In this document: piece by piece, positions 30,023 through 41,117 of the stretch | Layout of the letters: each line of letters opens with the position of its first letter | How positions within the stretch are numbered: the first letter of the stretch is position 1 | Assembly (NCBI GenBank): GCA_963827655.1 | Contig: CAWHCF010000014.1 | Coordinates: forward strand, 64,001 to 128,000 | Length of the DNA: 64,000 bases | Direction of reading: 5' to 3' | Source of the DNA: an uncultured Acidobacteriota bacterium | Lineage (GTDB): Bacteria > Acidobacteriota > UBA6911 | Translations under genes and position numbers: made by a program | Notes under the pieces: generated by a model | Told to the model about the DNA's origin: nothing | What the model saw: only the letters and a program-made list of their open reading frames with translations | Databases searched by the model: none

Positions 30023-31276
30023 ATGCTGACACCCATCTCTCGCCGCGGGTTCCTCGCCGCTCTAGCGCAGGCGACTGCTCCTGATATCCGGCGCGAAGTT
30101 TTTCTGGCTTCACCCGCCCAAGGGACCGCGGTCATGGCCTATGCCTTCTATTCGCGGCCGCGCGGCGGAGACATGATCTCGATCGAGCAACGCTGGACGC
30201 GCTCGGATACGGTCGACATCGCCTACATCCGTCGCTCGCGCGACCACGGGCGCACGTGGAGCAGACCGACCGCGATACGCACAGGCGAGCGCCGCCCGGA
30301 AGGGATGCTGCGACGCCATCCCCGTTACGGCTTCGTCGATGCCCGCACGGGCCTCTATCTCGAATTTTGGATCGAGGGGGTGCTGCCTACAGACGATCCG
30401 CTCGAGGGTCTGCGCAACTGGAATATCTATTACCGGGTTTCCCGCGACGGCGGCCGCACGTTCGGTCCCTCCTGTCAGGTCATTCATGCGGGCGCGGAAT
30501 TCAATGAGCGCCATCCGCTGCCTGGCGTGTGGACGGGCAGGAACGCCGCGATGCTCGGCGACATGGCCTGTGTGCCCGTGGCGACCCCCGATGGCCGCAT
30601 CCTGCTTCCGGTCGAGATCTCACCGCTCGGAGCCGACGGCAAGCTTTACAACCCGGCCGGCGGATACACCTATACAGACGCTGCTGTTGTCGGTGGACGC
30701 TGGCGGGGCGAGCGCCTCGAATGGGAAATGTCCGACGTGATCAAAGGCGATCCTGCGCGTTCGACACGCGGCATGGTTGAGCCCACGATCGAGTTTCTCG
30801 CCGACGGACGCTTGCTAATGGTGCTGCGTGGTTCGAACGACCGGCGCCCGGAGCTACCGAGCTACCGCTGGATTTCTTTTTCTTCCGACGGCGGCCGCCG
30901 CTGGACAACACCGGAGCCGTGGACCTACGACCGGGGCGAGGCGTTTTTCAGCCCCAGCGCCTGCTCACAGTTGCTGCGCCACTCGTCGGGACGCCTCTTT
31001 TGGCTGGGCAACATCACCGCGGAGAATCCGCGCGGCAATCGCCCGCGTTTTCCCTTCGTGATCGGGGAAGTCGACCGGCGCTCAGGCCTGCTGATGCGCT
31101 CGAGCGTGCGGACAGTCGACACACTGGCGCCTGGAGAAGATCCTGTCCTGTCGTTATCGAATTTCTACGCGCGTGAAGATCGTCGGACACGAGAGATCGC
31201 AGTCCACATGACGCGCTTGTTTGCAAAGCCGGAGGGATGGGCCGGTGACGCATACCTGTATCGGATACGGGTGTGA
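30023..31276 (+). CDS. BNR/Asp-box sialidase-like protein with a Tat-like signal
   Basis: SRRGFL; Asp-boxes SRDHGRTW, SRDGGRTF and SSDGGRRW. Confidence 0.85.
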   Translation: MLTPISRRGFLAALAQATAPDIRREVFLASPAQGTAVMAYAFYSRPRGGDMISIEQRWTRSDTVDIAYIRRSRDHGRTWSRPTAIRTGERRPEGMLRRHPRYGFVDARTGLYLEFWIEGVLPTDDPLEGLRNWNIYYRVSRDGGRTFGPSCQVIHAGAEFNERHPLPGVWTGRNAAMLGDMACVPVATPDGRILLPVEISPLGADGKLYNPAGGYTYTDAAVVGGRWRGERLEWEMSDVIKGDPARSTRGMVEPTIEFLADGRLLMVLRGSNDRRPELPSYRWISFSSDGGRRWTTPEPWTYDRGEAFFSPSACSQLLRHSSGRLFWLGNITAENPRGNRPRFPFVIGEVDRRSGLLMRSSVRTVDTLAPGEDPVLSLSNFYAREDRRTREIAVHMTRLFAKPEGWAGDAYLYRIRV

Positions 31277-31292
31277 GCCCAGACGCGGACTT

Positions 31293-31343
31293 TTGGAGTG
31301 CCTCAGCTTGCTGCCGCTTTGACTTGGCGAAGCTTGCTTCGCC
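31293..31343 (+). repeat. REP-like element, copy 2
   Basis: TTGGAGTGCCTCAGCTTGCTGCCGCTTTGACTTGGCGAAGCTTGCTTCGCC; matches 16530-16580 in reverse. Confidence 0.75.
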
Positions 31344-31574
31344 AAACGGCTACGGAATTCGTCCTGAACAGCCAGGGAGTCGCAGACCCTGATGACCCCA
31401 TCATGAAAATGCGTATCCGATAGGGCTGGAACATCCTCAGGAGAGCTGGGAACAGGGCAGGAGAAACCATCGGCCGCGGTGGACCTCCTGCAGCCGAGGA
31501 TCAACGTTGCAAGAACCTACCCCAAAGTCTTGGCCGGATGCCTATGCGTCACATGCTTTCTTGGTTTCGCGGCC

Positions 31575-32724
31575 TCAGGCGCAGAATTCCAGTCCCGCCG
31601 CCAGCACTATCTCAGAGCACTGCCGCACCGACTCGATATCAACCCACTCCACGACACCATGAAGACCCTCGCCCGTAGGACCGAAAACCACGCTCGGAAT
31701 CCCAGCGTCATTGAGCAGCGCGGCATCGGTCCAGAACGCCGAGCCGATGAGCTCCGGTTTCCGTTCCAGCGTGGAGGACGCGCGGCGATACAGCAGCTCA
31801 ACCAGAGGATGGTCGCTTGCAATCTGCATCGGATGGCGCACAAAGGTGGTTCGCAGCGATCCGCTGAATGAGGGATCGCTCCGGGCGACGCGCGTTGAGC
31901 AAACCCTGGATCTCGTCTTCGACCAGTTTCTGGCTCTCGCCTGGAAGGGTTCGCCGCTCGACCCGAAGCACGCAGCGCTCCGGATAGCTTGACAACTCCT
32001 GTCCCCCCTCGATGAGGGAAGCATGGAGCGAGCCCCAGCCCAGCAGCGGATGGGGTTGGGTGCGGCGCAGCGATGCATCGAGCGCCTCCAGCCCGACGAG
32101 TACCTTCCCCATCTTTGTAATGGCATCGATCCCGGTCGTGAAGTCGGATCCGTGGGCGGCCACGCCACTGGTTTCAACGTCGAGCCAGATAAACCCCTTG
32201 TGGGCCGTGGTGATTCTAAGATTGGTCGGCTCACCGACGATGGCCGCATCGGCTCGGCACCTTCGCACCAGCGCTTCGGTTCCGGCGCTCTCGAATTCCT
32301 CGTCCGCCACGGCCGCCAGGACGAGATCGCCTCGCAGCCTGTGTTGTCGTATCTCCGCTGCCGCCGCCATGAATGCAGCCAGAGCCCCTTTGGTATCGCA
32401 GGCTCCCCGGCCGTAGAGCCGCCCTTCTCTCACCTCGGGCTGGTGCGGCCTTTCCATGCCGGCCACCCCCACGGTATCGAGGTGGGCGTTGAGCATCAGG
32501 GTCCGGCCTCCGCCCGAGCCGGGGGCGCGGCCAATGACGTTGGCCCGGCGATGGCCGAGATCCTCGACCTCGACTTCGAGTCCGGCGCGCTCGAGCCATT
32601 CAGCGACAAACGCGGCGATCGCCTTCTCCCCGGCTCCTCCCGGCACAAGCCCGGGATTGACCGAGTCAATGGCGACCAGCCTTTCAAGCAGCGTTTCGAG
32701 TTGGAAAGCCTGCGTGAGAGCCAT
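31575..32724 (-). CDS. ArgE/DapE M20-family deacylase; apparent frameshift near 31890
   Basis: LNAHLDTV, GRGACDTKG, DEEFES and GEPT; the C-terminus in the other frame has FWTDAALL...GPTGEGLH. Confidence 0.9.
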
Positions 32725-32752
32725 TGAAATCAACCGCCAAGACACGAAGACC

Positions 32753-32787
32753 AAAAAAAAAGCCCCTGGCAGACCAGGGGCTTTTTT
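32753..32787. terminator. Bidirectional intrinsic terminator after the DUF1501 gene
   Basis: A9-GCCCCTGG-caga-CCAGGGGC-T6. Confidence 0.9.
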
Positions 32788-32806
32788 GGGCGACGGAAGG
32801 AATCCC

Positions 32807-34249
32807 TTAAAAGACGGCGTTTATCGGCCCGTAGACGTCATCGTCCGCTTCCGGAACGTATTCGAATCCACGATTGAACGGGTCATCGTAGCGGACCGTG
32901 GTCCAGTCGATACCCAGAGCCGTGTAAATAGTCGCGGCGATGTCTTCAACCCGGACCGGCCGGTTTCTCTCCCAGCCGGATTCGACTGTGAAGGCTCCCA
33001 TATTGTTGGTGGCGCCGATCACGCGCCCTCCCTTGGTGCCTCCGCCTGCGAAAACGACGAACTGCTGCAGATAGTGGTCCCGTCCGGCCTGATTGTTGAG
33101 CGACTGAGTCTCTCTTCCGACCGTCCGGCCGAATTCACCCATCATCACGATGAGGGTTTCGTCGAAAAGGCTTCCACCGCCGACTCCCGGGGTTTGTGCC
33201 AGGTCCTCAAGCAAGGCGGCCAGCCCGCCGTCGAGCGTTCGCGTCCGGCCGTAGAGCTGGGCCTGCGAGTAGATGTTCTGGTGATGATCCCAGCCGCCGA
33301 ATGCGATCTGGATAAACCGCGTACCCATATCCGCCTTGAGGATGTTGCGCGCCACGATGCAGGCATCTCCGAACGCATTGGCGCCGAACCTGTTGCCCGC
33401 ATTGGGGCCGTTGCCGGCGGGAAAGTCGCCGTAGCGCATGCGCTCCTCGTTGCTGAATCGGAATACGGCATCAATCGTCGGGTTGTACATCAGACCCCGG
33501 GCCTGCTCGTAATAAGCCGACATATTTTCAGGCTCCCTCCCGAAAGGGGCATTCATACGCAGTGCTCCGTCGAGGGAAGCGAGGAGCTGCAGCCGCGTAT
33601 CAAACCGCGGCTGCCCGTCGGGATGCGCAACCTGCGCCAGGCCGGCCTGGTTTGGCGTAACGACGAACGGGGATAACCGGCTGGGAAGGTAACCCGACCC
33701 TACGGGATTGCCGGTGTTCATGGCGATGAATCCCGGCAACCTGGCTCCCTGCCTTTCCTTTTCCAGCGCCACGACCGCCCCGATGTTGGGCGCGATCCGA
33801 CCTAGTGCCGACGTGGGATTGCGCGCGATCTGGGTCCATGTCTGAGCCAGCGAATGCACCGCCGCCCAGGACTGAACCGACCGAACGATGGTGAGCCAGT
33901 TGAGCCGCTCGGCGAGCTTGGGCATCAGCCCCTGCGGAAACCGAGTATCACCGTAGCTTGTCGGGTTGAAGTCCGCGGGCGTCCACGAGCCTTCCTTCAA
34001 GTCGAAGGTATCGATATGGCTGGGAGCGCCGGTGAGAAAGATGAATATGCAATTGCGCGCGGTCCCTCGGGTGGCGACCTTTCCGGCTGCCTTCACATCG
34101 AGCGGGCGCGTGACCTGGGTGAAATAGTAGCCCGTCAGGGCGGTGCCGGCCACTCTGAAGAACTGCCGCCGGCTGAATCCGGGGCCATCCCAAAGGGAAT
34201 TGTTTGCGCGCGGCTGAGTGCAGCATCCGAATCTATCTTTCGTGGACAT
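32807..34249 (-). CDS. DUF1501 protein with Tat signal
   Basis: SRRQFF, FLTGAPSHIDTFDLK, GGWDHH, MGEFGRT and GRDH. Confidence 0.92.
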   Translation of the reverse strand: MSTKDRFGCCTQPRANNSLWDGPGFSRRQFFRVAGTALTGYYFTQVTRPLDVKAAGKVATRGTARNCIFIFLTGAPSHIDTFDLKEGSWTPADFNPTSYGDTRFPQGLMPKLAERLNWLTIVRSVQSWAAVHSLAQTWTQIARNPTSALGRIAPNIGAVVALEKERQGARLPGFIAMNTGNPVGSGYLPSRLSPFVVTPNQAGLAQVAHPDGQPRFDTRLQLLASLDGALRMNAPFGREPENMSAYYEQARGLMYNPTIDAVFRFSNEERMRYGDFPAGNGPNAGNRFGANAFGDACIVARNILKADMGTRFIQIAFGGWDHHQNIYSQAQLYGRTRTLDGGLAALLEDLAQTPGVGGGSLFDETLIVMMGEFGRTVGRETQSLNNQAGRDHYLQQFVVFAGGGTKGGRVIGATNNMGAFTVESGWERNRPVRVEDIAATIYTALGIDWTTVRYDDPFNRGFEYVPEADDDVYGPINAVF

Positions 34250-34282
34250 GCTCTTAACTCCCCTCGCTCCTCGTGTGACCCA

Positions 34283-36209
34283 TCAATAGTTGTAAAGAAA
34301 GTCGATCTTGTTGAGCAGGACCCACATCAGGTTCTCGGCCCCCTGAACTCGATTCGCCTTCAACGCGGCCGTCCCTACCGTGAGTTCCTCGGCAGTGGGA
34401 AACCGGCTCAGCGCCCACAGGAAGAGTTCTTCGACGACGTGGCTATCCGAATAGTCCCGATTGGCCAGCAAACGGTTCACCGTGCTGCCCGCCGTAGCAT
34501 TCCGGAGCCGCGTGGTAACGAACGTATTGTTCATCATGTTCAGGGCCTGAAGAATCGTCGCCTCGCCGGAGCGGGCATTCTGATCTCGATTGCCGCGCAG
34601 GAAGAGGTTCAGGAAGGTGTTCACTGCGCCGTTCGAGCGCGGTTCGGGAGACGCCTCCGGGAGCTGCATGGCCCACTGCACGGTGGGCAGCTGCCCGACC
34701 CCGTATGCAGTCGGCACTCCCGTCGCCGTCACAATGGCGTCGTGAACTTCCTCGGCCCAAAGGCGGCGCACGAACTTGCGGGCGAAATAGCTGGTGTATT
34801 CCGGCTGCCATTCCTCCGTGAACCTCGAGGAGAGCTGGTAGGCGCTGGATTCCGCGATCGTGGTCAGAAGGCGCCGCACGTTGTACCCGCTCCCAATGAA
34901 ATCATCGGTCAAGGCCTCGAGCAGTTCGGGATGGGATGGCTGAAGATTCCAGCCGGAGGGGACCTTGTTTGGATCCAGGCGGGCCAGATCGAACTGGTCC
35001 GCAGGTTCGACGATCCCCATTCCCATCATGTATTTCCACATGTAATTCGCCGTAGCCCGGGCGAACTGGCGGTCCGCCACCAGGTTATTGGCAAACCTCT
35101 CGCGATAAGTGCTGCCGGAGGCCTGCGTGTCCGAGAAGATGTAGCGCGGGCGGATCAGATTCGTGCCGCCGAATGGCGTCCTGGCCGTTCGATTCCCTGA
35201 ATTCGTGTTCAACTGATACTCGCCGGTGGGAGCATCGGCAACAGACCAATAATAGAGCTGCTGTCCCCCTTCCACCTGGTTGGGCGATCTCGGAAAGCGG
35301 GTGCGTGAAAAGAAAGCGGCCATTTCCCATGCCTGCATTCCGCCGCGTGCTCGCCCCCCAGGCATTCAGAGCATCCAGATGCCCGCGACCGTCATGGCAG
35401 AGGAGACAATCAAACGAGGAGAGCCCCAGGAACTGAGTGGCGGCGCGAGAAAGCATCATGTCGTAGTGATCCTGGACCGGCCCCATGGACTGCGTCCCCT
35501 TCAACAGCCAGTTCAACTCTCCTTTTTCCCAGGAGCTGCCCTCGCCCGCAATGAAGTATTTCGCGAAGGCGTCATACGGCCACTGGCCCTCGACACCCCG
35601 TTTGATCGCCATGTAGAAGGCGTTTCGCCCCTCGACGTAGATGTTTTGAACCGCGCTGGTGGTGTCGGTCACAGCGGCCTTCAGCAAGTCGCCGTAATAC
35701 ATCGTGAGCTTGTCGGTGCAGTCGGCGCTCCCGACCAGATCTCGAATGACGTCGTTTCGCTTGGTAGAAATGTCGCTGCCGAGGAAGTTGCGGACAGCGC
35801 CGGCGCTCGGAATGCGCCCGGTGAGGTCCAGAGTTACGCGCCGCAGGAACTCCGTGTCATCTGCGAGAGGGGCATGAGGAATGCCGGCCTGTTGCATCTT
35901 GCCGAAAATAAAATCGTCAATGTAGTTTCGATGCGGGATATCGCTGGTGAAGCCGCTGCCCTGTCTGGGCGCCCGGGCGGGTGAATACTTGACCCTGCCC
36001 GAGACTCTTTCGGTATCGGCCGCCAGTTGTTCTACGTGCCGCCGCACACGATCGAGATAAGCACCGGGGTCGCGCTCGAAAGTGCAATCGGCGACCGACG
36101 TCGTCCGGAGCGCGTCGTCACTGGTGTCGTTTTCACCTTCGCGGCCGACGCCCAGGCCGGCTGCGAGCAACAACAAACACAAAACCTTCGCGCTGAATCG
36201 AGGTCTCAT
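34283..36209 (-). CDS. DUF1549/DUF1553 (PSCyt) protein; apparent frameshift near 35340
   Basis: EFLRRVTLDLTGRIP, CLLCHDG, PSHPELLEALT and RRLWAEEVHDAI split across two ORFs. Confidence 0.9.
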
Positions 36210-36470
36210 AAGGGCTCCCGATTTCTAATATGCAGCAGGGCACACGAACATCAATGTGTTTGACCCAACGACTCACGTACCGCAGGTAACGGACAATAAT
36301 CGCGGGGAGATGGCTTCATAACTGCCCAGGCATAGCAGCCGAACCATTAGTTAAGCAGTCGTATGATATTAACCCCACTCCGAGCAAAAAGTCGCGAAAA
36401 AAACTAAAATTCTAAAATTTTCTCCGGAAAGGGTCTCACCGTCGGCACTAACCGCCCCGACGCGAAGACG

Positions 36471-37400
36471 TTAGGACACCGCCCGGGAGGCTTTTCCCTC
36501 GGCAATGACGCGGTTGCGCATGGTGCCCACGCCTTCGACGAACAACTCGACGATATCGCCGTCCTGCAGGAAAACCTGCGGGCGGCGCGCGAAGCCCACA
36601 CCCGGCGGTGTTCCAGTCGAGATGATGTCGCCGGGTTTGAGGGTAAACATGTGCGAGATATAGCTGATAAGGGTGGGGATATTGAAGATCAGGTTGCGCG
36701 TGTTCGAGTCCTGCATGACCCGCCCGTTAAGGGTGAGGCGAATGTCGAGATCGTGCGGGTCATCGATTTCGTCCGGAGTGACGAGGTGCGGCCCGCAGGG
36801 AGCAAAGTTGTCAAACGTCTTTCCGGAAACCCACTGACCGGTGCGAAACTGCCAATCCCGGGCGCTCACGTCGTGCATCAGCGTGTACCCACCGACGTAA
36901 TCGACAGCCTCCTCCGGCGACACTCTCTTGGCCTGTTTTCCGAGAATCACGGCCAGCTCCGCCTCGTAGTCAACCTGTGTGGAGTTCGAGGGGAGGATCA
37001 CGGGTCCGGAAGCTCCCACCAGCGCATTATTGTACTTGTTGAAAATTACCGGCTCCTTGGGAATCTCCATCTTGGACTCCGCGGCGTGATCCCGGTAGTT
37101 CAGCCCGATACAGATGATTTTTTCCGGGACGGCAACCGGCGGCAGCCAGTCGAACTCCTGTGACGGCTCGCATAATTGATCCCAATCCGCCGGCACACCC
37201 GACGCGCGAATCTCCTGATCCAGCTTGTCCAAAACAGCTCTGGCTGCCGGAACCCACAGCGCGGTAGCATCTCTCGCTTCCGCCAGGACTTCGTATCCCC
37301 GCCGGCCGCTCCTTCCCAGCTCGGTCAGGTTCAGCGTCCGATCTCCATGAATCAATCCCAGGCAGGCAGTATTCTGTTTCGAAAAGCTTCCAAGCCTCAT
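36471..37400 (-). CDS. Fumarylacetoacetate hydrolase family protein
   Basis: ICIGLNYRDHAAE, DYEAEL, DVSARDWQ and GDIISTGTPPGVG. Confidence 0.93.
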   Translation of the reverse strand: MRLGSFSKQNTACLGLIHGDRTLNLTELGRSGRRGYEVLAEARDATALWVPAARAVLDKLDQEIRASGVPADWDQLCEPSQEFDWLPPVAVPEKIICIGLNYRDHAAESKMEIPKEPVIFNKYNNALVGASGPVILPSNSTQVDYEAELAVILGKQAKRVSPEEAVDYVGGYTLMHDVSARDWQFRTGQWVSGKTFDNFAPCGPHLVTPDEIDDPHDLDIRLTLNGRVMQDSNTRNLIFNIPTLISYISHMFTLKPGDIISTGTPPGVGFARRPQVFLQDGDIVELFVEGVGTMRNRVIAEGKASRAVS

Positions 37401-37464
37401 GAGTCCTCCGAGTAAAATTCAGAATTGGACGTAAGCAGCGTCCCACTATATAACAGTGGCCGCC

Positions 37465-38235
37465 ATGAAACACAGTGCCAAGCTCGATCGAAGAGTCGCC
37501 GTGATCACGGGGGCGGGCGCCGGGATCGGCGAGGCCGCCGCCCGGCTCTTTGCTCGCGAAGGGGCCCGCCTGGTCGTGGTCGACATCGACCCAAGAGCGC
37601 TGGCGGCTATTGTGGCGGAGTTGGAAGCAGCTTCGGTCATTGTGCTTGACCTTGCCGGAGATGTCTCTCAAGGAGACTTTTGCAAAACCGTGATTGACAG
37701 AACGATGGCGCAGTTCGGCCGGCTCGACATTCTCTTCAATAACGCCGGGATCGTGTTCAACGGCAGCCTGGTGGAATGCACCGAAGAAGAGTGGAACAAG
37801 ACCCTGGATGTAAATCTGAAGTCGATGTACCTGCTCTCCCGCAGTGCCGTTCCGGTCATGCAGCGCCAGGGGGGAGGCAGCATCATCAATATGGCCTCGG
37901 TCGCGGGTCCCACCGGCGTCACCAACCGGGGGGCCTACTCGGTCTCGAAGGCCGGTGTGATCGGGTTGACCAAGAGTCTGGCCGTCGATTTCGTCAAAGA
38001 CGGAATCCGGGTAAATTGCATCTGTCCCGGAACGGTCGATACGCCGTCGCTGAGGCAGCGAATCGCCAGCTCTCCGGATCCCGAAGCAGCGCTCCGGGCC
38101 TTCGTCGCGCGCCAGCCGATGGGTCGGCTCGGCTCGCCCGAGGAGATCGCCGCGATGGCCCTGTTCATGGCGTCCGATGACGCGCGTTACATGACGGGCC
38201 AGGCTGTGTTCATGGACGGGGGGATGAAGCTGTAG
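37465..38235 (+). CDS. SDR oxidoreductase (2-keto-3-deoxy-L-fuconate dehydrogenase/BDH2-like)
   Basis: TGAGAGIG, NNAG, YSVSK, CPGTVDTPSL and FVARQPMGRLG. Confidence 0.88.
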   Translation: MKHSAKLDRRVAVITGAGAGIGEAAARLFAREGARLVVVDIDPRALAAIVAELEAASVIVLDLAGDVSQGDFCKTVIDRTMAQFGRLDILFNNAGIVFNGSLVECTEEEWNKTLDVNLKSMYLLSRSAVPVMQRQGGGSIINMASVAGPTGVTNRGAYSVSKAGVIGLTKSLAVDFVKDGIRVNCICPGTVDTPSLRQRIASSPDPEAALRAFVARQPMGRLGSPEEIAAMALFMASDDARYMTGQAVFMDGGMKL

Positions 38236-39344
38236 CGGGACTGGTAAGGTAAACGTTGATCTTCGCCTGAGTGCGCAGCTCATCGACGAGCTTCGCCACG
38301 TCCTGATCTGTCTTCTGACGCTTGAGGAATTCGGTGAGCTCGGTGCGAGCCTCGTCAAGCGTGGCGAGACCCTCCTTCTTCTTCTCCGTCACTTTTATGA
38401 TGTGGAAACCGAATTGGGTACGCACCACGTCGCTGATTCCGCCCGCCGGCAGCGAAAACGCAACCTCTTCGTACTCCCGCGCTAACTGACCTTTGGGAAC
38501 CAGGCCCACGTCTCCGCCCTGCGTGGCGGAGGCGGGATCCATCGAATTCTCTCTCGCGAGCTTGGAGAAATCCTCGCCTTTCTTTACGCGCGCGAGAATC
38601 GCCTCGGCTCTCTGTTTTGCCATGGTCTCCTGTTCCTGCGTCGCCCCTTCCTTGACCAGGATCAGAATATGGCTGGTCCGGACCAGGTCAGGATGCCGGA
38701 ACTCTTCCTTATGCTGCTCATAGTATTGCGATAGCTCCGCCGGAGTGATGGCAATCTTTCCGGCGATGGTCTCCTGGATGAATTTCGCCACCGTCAGTGA
38801 TTTCTCCAATTCGCGAGTCAAACCCGCTCGATCGAGCCCGCGGTTGGCCAGGGCTGCGTTCATCTCGGCATCCCCGCCGAAGTTCTTGGCAAGCTTGGCA
38901 AGCTCCGCCTGAATCTCGGGCTCGCTCGCTTTGATGCCGCCAGCCTGAGCCTTTTGATACACCAGTTCGGTCCCGATGAGCGCTCCGAGCGATTGGCCTA
39001 TCAACTCCTGCCGGTACTCCTCCCGGAGGTTATTCCACTTCGGATTTCCGATTGGGGCCAGTTGGGCCTGGATGCGCTGTTCGAGGTCTCTTCCCAGTAT
39101 GGCCTTGCCGTTCACCCGCGCCACGACCGCAGGAAAGAGAGCGCCCGGCGCGCGCCGCCAGAACCTGCTCCTCCTCGGGAGCTTCCTTGGAGGGCGAGGT
39201 CTGTGGAGGCGCAGGAGCGCTCTTGGCGGGCGTCGCTGGTCGCTTCGTCTGTGTCTGCGCGAAACCGTGCGCGGTCAATCCCAGAACAGCAGCCCCAAAG
39301 ACCGCAATAACAAAAAGCCTCACAAGCCAGGCGCACTGTGACAC
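38210..39344 (-). CDS. SurA/PrsA parvulin-type peptidyl-prolyl isomerase; apparent frameshift near 39130-39160
   Basis: Signal peptide in one frame; VARVNG, SHILI, FSKLARENSMD, GGDVG and TQFGFHIIKV in the other. Confidence 0.88.
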
Positions 39345-39607
39345 GCGCAAGAGTTCCCTACCCGTAAGATCTTTCAAGACTCCCCCGATCTTTCCCGCGA
39401 TTGTTTATAGCCGATGGCCATAATAATACCATCGAAAGCGTCGACGTCAAATCCGCCTCGGTCATGAACCGGTTTCCTCAGCTACGCACCCCGAGGATCG
39501 CGAACCCTTAGTGTTTCTTCGTGTCTTCGTGTCCTGGTGGTATCTGTTTTGCATTTGCATTCAAAAGTCCTTGGGATATTGGTGAACCCTTTTTCGGGAG
39601 CGATGTT

Positions 39608-41059
39608 GTGGGCTTCAACTGGATTGACGGGACCATCGTCGTCTTTTACCTGATCGCCATCACGCTCTTCGGCGTGCGATTCCGGAAGAAGCAGCAGTCG
39701 ATCCACACCTATTTTCTGGGTGGAAAAACCATTCCCGCCTGGGCGCTGTCGCTCTCAATTGTCGCGACCGAAACCAGCACCCTCACGATTATCGGAACCC
39801 CGGGAATAGCCTTTGGCGGCGACCTATCGTTCCTTCAACTTGTTCTCGGCTACATGGTCGGACGCATCTTTATCAGCCTGGTCTTGATCCCCGCCTATTT
39901 CAAGGGGGAGATGTATACGGCCTACCAGCTCATGGAGCGAAGATTCGGCCAGCGGATCAAACATGCCACGGCAAGCCTGTTCCTGGTCACACGAGCGCTG
40001 GCGGAGGGAGTGCGCGTCCTGGCCATTGCTACCGTTGTCGGCATCGTCCTGGGAACAGGAGACCTCGCCTCCATTCTGATCATCTCCGCCCTGACCCTGA
40101 TCTACACGTTCGAAGGGGGCTTAACAGCGGTAATCTGGACCGATGTGGTTCAACTCTTCATTTACATAGGGGGAACGCTGGTCGCCTTCTTTACGATTTT
40201 GAGTTACATCCCCGGGGGCTGGGAGGGAGTGATGGCGAATGCGGGACACAAATTTGTGCTCTGGAATTTCTCAACCAGCTATCACGTGCCTTACACCTTC
40301 TGGGCCGGCGTGATCGGCGGGGCCTTTCTCAACACGGCCAGCCACGGCGTGGACCAGTTGATCGTGCAGCGCCTTCTGGCAGCCCGGAACGAGCGCGACA
40401 GCAAAGCTGCCCTGCTCTCGAGCGGACTCGTAATCTTCTTCCAATTCAGTCTCTTCCTTGTTGTCGGGATCATGCTCTACAGCTTTTATCTCTACCATCC
40501 GGAAGAGTCGGTTCCCGCCATGCGCGACCGGATCTTCCCGACCTTTGTTGTCCGCCATCTCCCTCACGGAGTCTCCGGCTTGATGATCGCCGCCATCCTG
40601 GCCGCCGCGATGTCGAATCTCAGCAGTTCCCTCAACTCGCTGGCCTCGACTACCGTCGTCGACTTTTACATTCCCTTCCTGAAGCGGGGCGCGGGCACAC
40701 AAGAGCAACTGCGCATCTCGCGGTGGATGACGGTCGTCTGGGGAATTATTCTGGTAGTCCTGGCTTTCCTGTCACGAGGCGTGGAATCGGTACTGGAGGC
40801 CGGCCTGACCATAGCCTCCATCACATACGGCAGTCTGCTGGGTGTCTTCCTCCTCGGGGTCCTCACGCGAAAGGCGAATGAATCTGGTTCGATCCTCGGC
40901 TTGGGGGTCGGTTTATTCTCAATGCTGGCGATCTGGTACTACAGCACTTATTACAATGCGATTGCCTTCACCTGGTACGTCCTGATCGGAACGGTAATAA
41001 CGTTTTCTGTGGGCTACCTGGCCAGCCTTTACCTGGGCGCCAAAAGAATCAACCGCTAA
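39608..41059 (+). CDS. Sodium:solute symporter
   Basis: SIVATETS, GGLTAVIWTDVVQ, DQLIVQRLL and AAAMSNLSSSLNS; many TM segments. Confidence 0.93.
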   Translation: MGFNWIDGTIVVFYLIAITLFGVRFRKKQQSIHTYFLGGKTIPAWALSLSIVATETSTLTIIGTPGIAFGGDLSFLQLVLGYMVGRIFISLVLIPAYFKGEMYTAYQLMERRFGQRIKHATASLFLVTRALAEGVRVLAIATVVGIVLGTGDLASILIISALTLIYTFEGGLTAVIWTDVVQLFIYIGGTLVAFFTILSYIPGGWEGVMANAGHKFVLWNFSTSYHVPYTFWAGVIGGAFLNTASHGVDQLIVQRLLAARNERDSKAALLSSGLVIFFQFSLFLVVGIMLYSFYLYHPEESVPAMRDRIFPTFVVRHLPHGVSGLMIAAILAAAMSNLSSSLNSLASTTVVDFYIPFLKRGAGTQEQLRISRWMTVVWGIILVVLAFLSRGVESVLEAGLTIASITYGSLLGVFLLGVLTRKANESGSILGLGVGLFSMLAIWYYSTYYNAIAFTWYVLIGTVITFSVGYLASLYLGAKRINR

Positions 41060-41117
41060 GACACGAAGACTCGAAGAAACGCTGAGAACGCCGTCACTCT
41101 CCGATCAAGGCGCCCGA

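Noticed and set aside
31380-31570. Possible ncRNA between the convergent sialidase-like and argE-like genes
   Set aside because: I saw no recognisable RNA family motif, promoter or terminator beyond the adjacent REP-like element.
35085-35365. Programmed ribosomal frameshifting in the split genes
   Set aside because: There is no consistent slippery heptamer or stimulatory structure, and indels are scattered across unrelated genes, so sequencing error is simpler.
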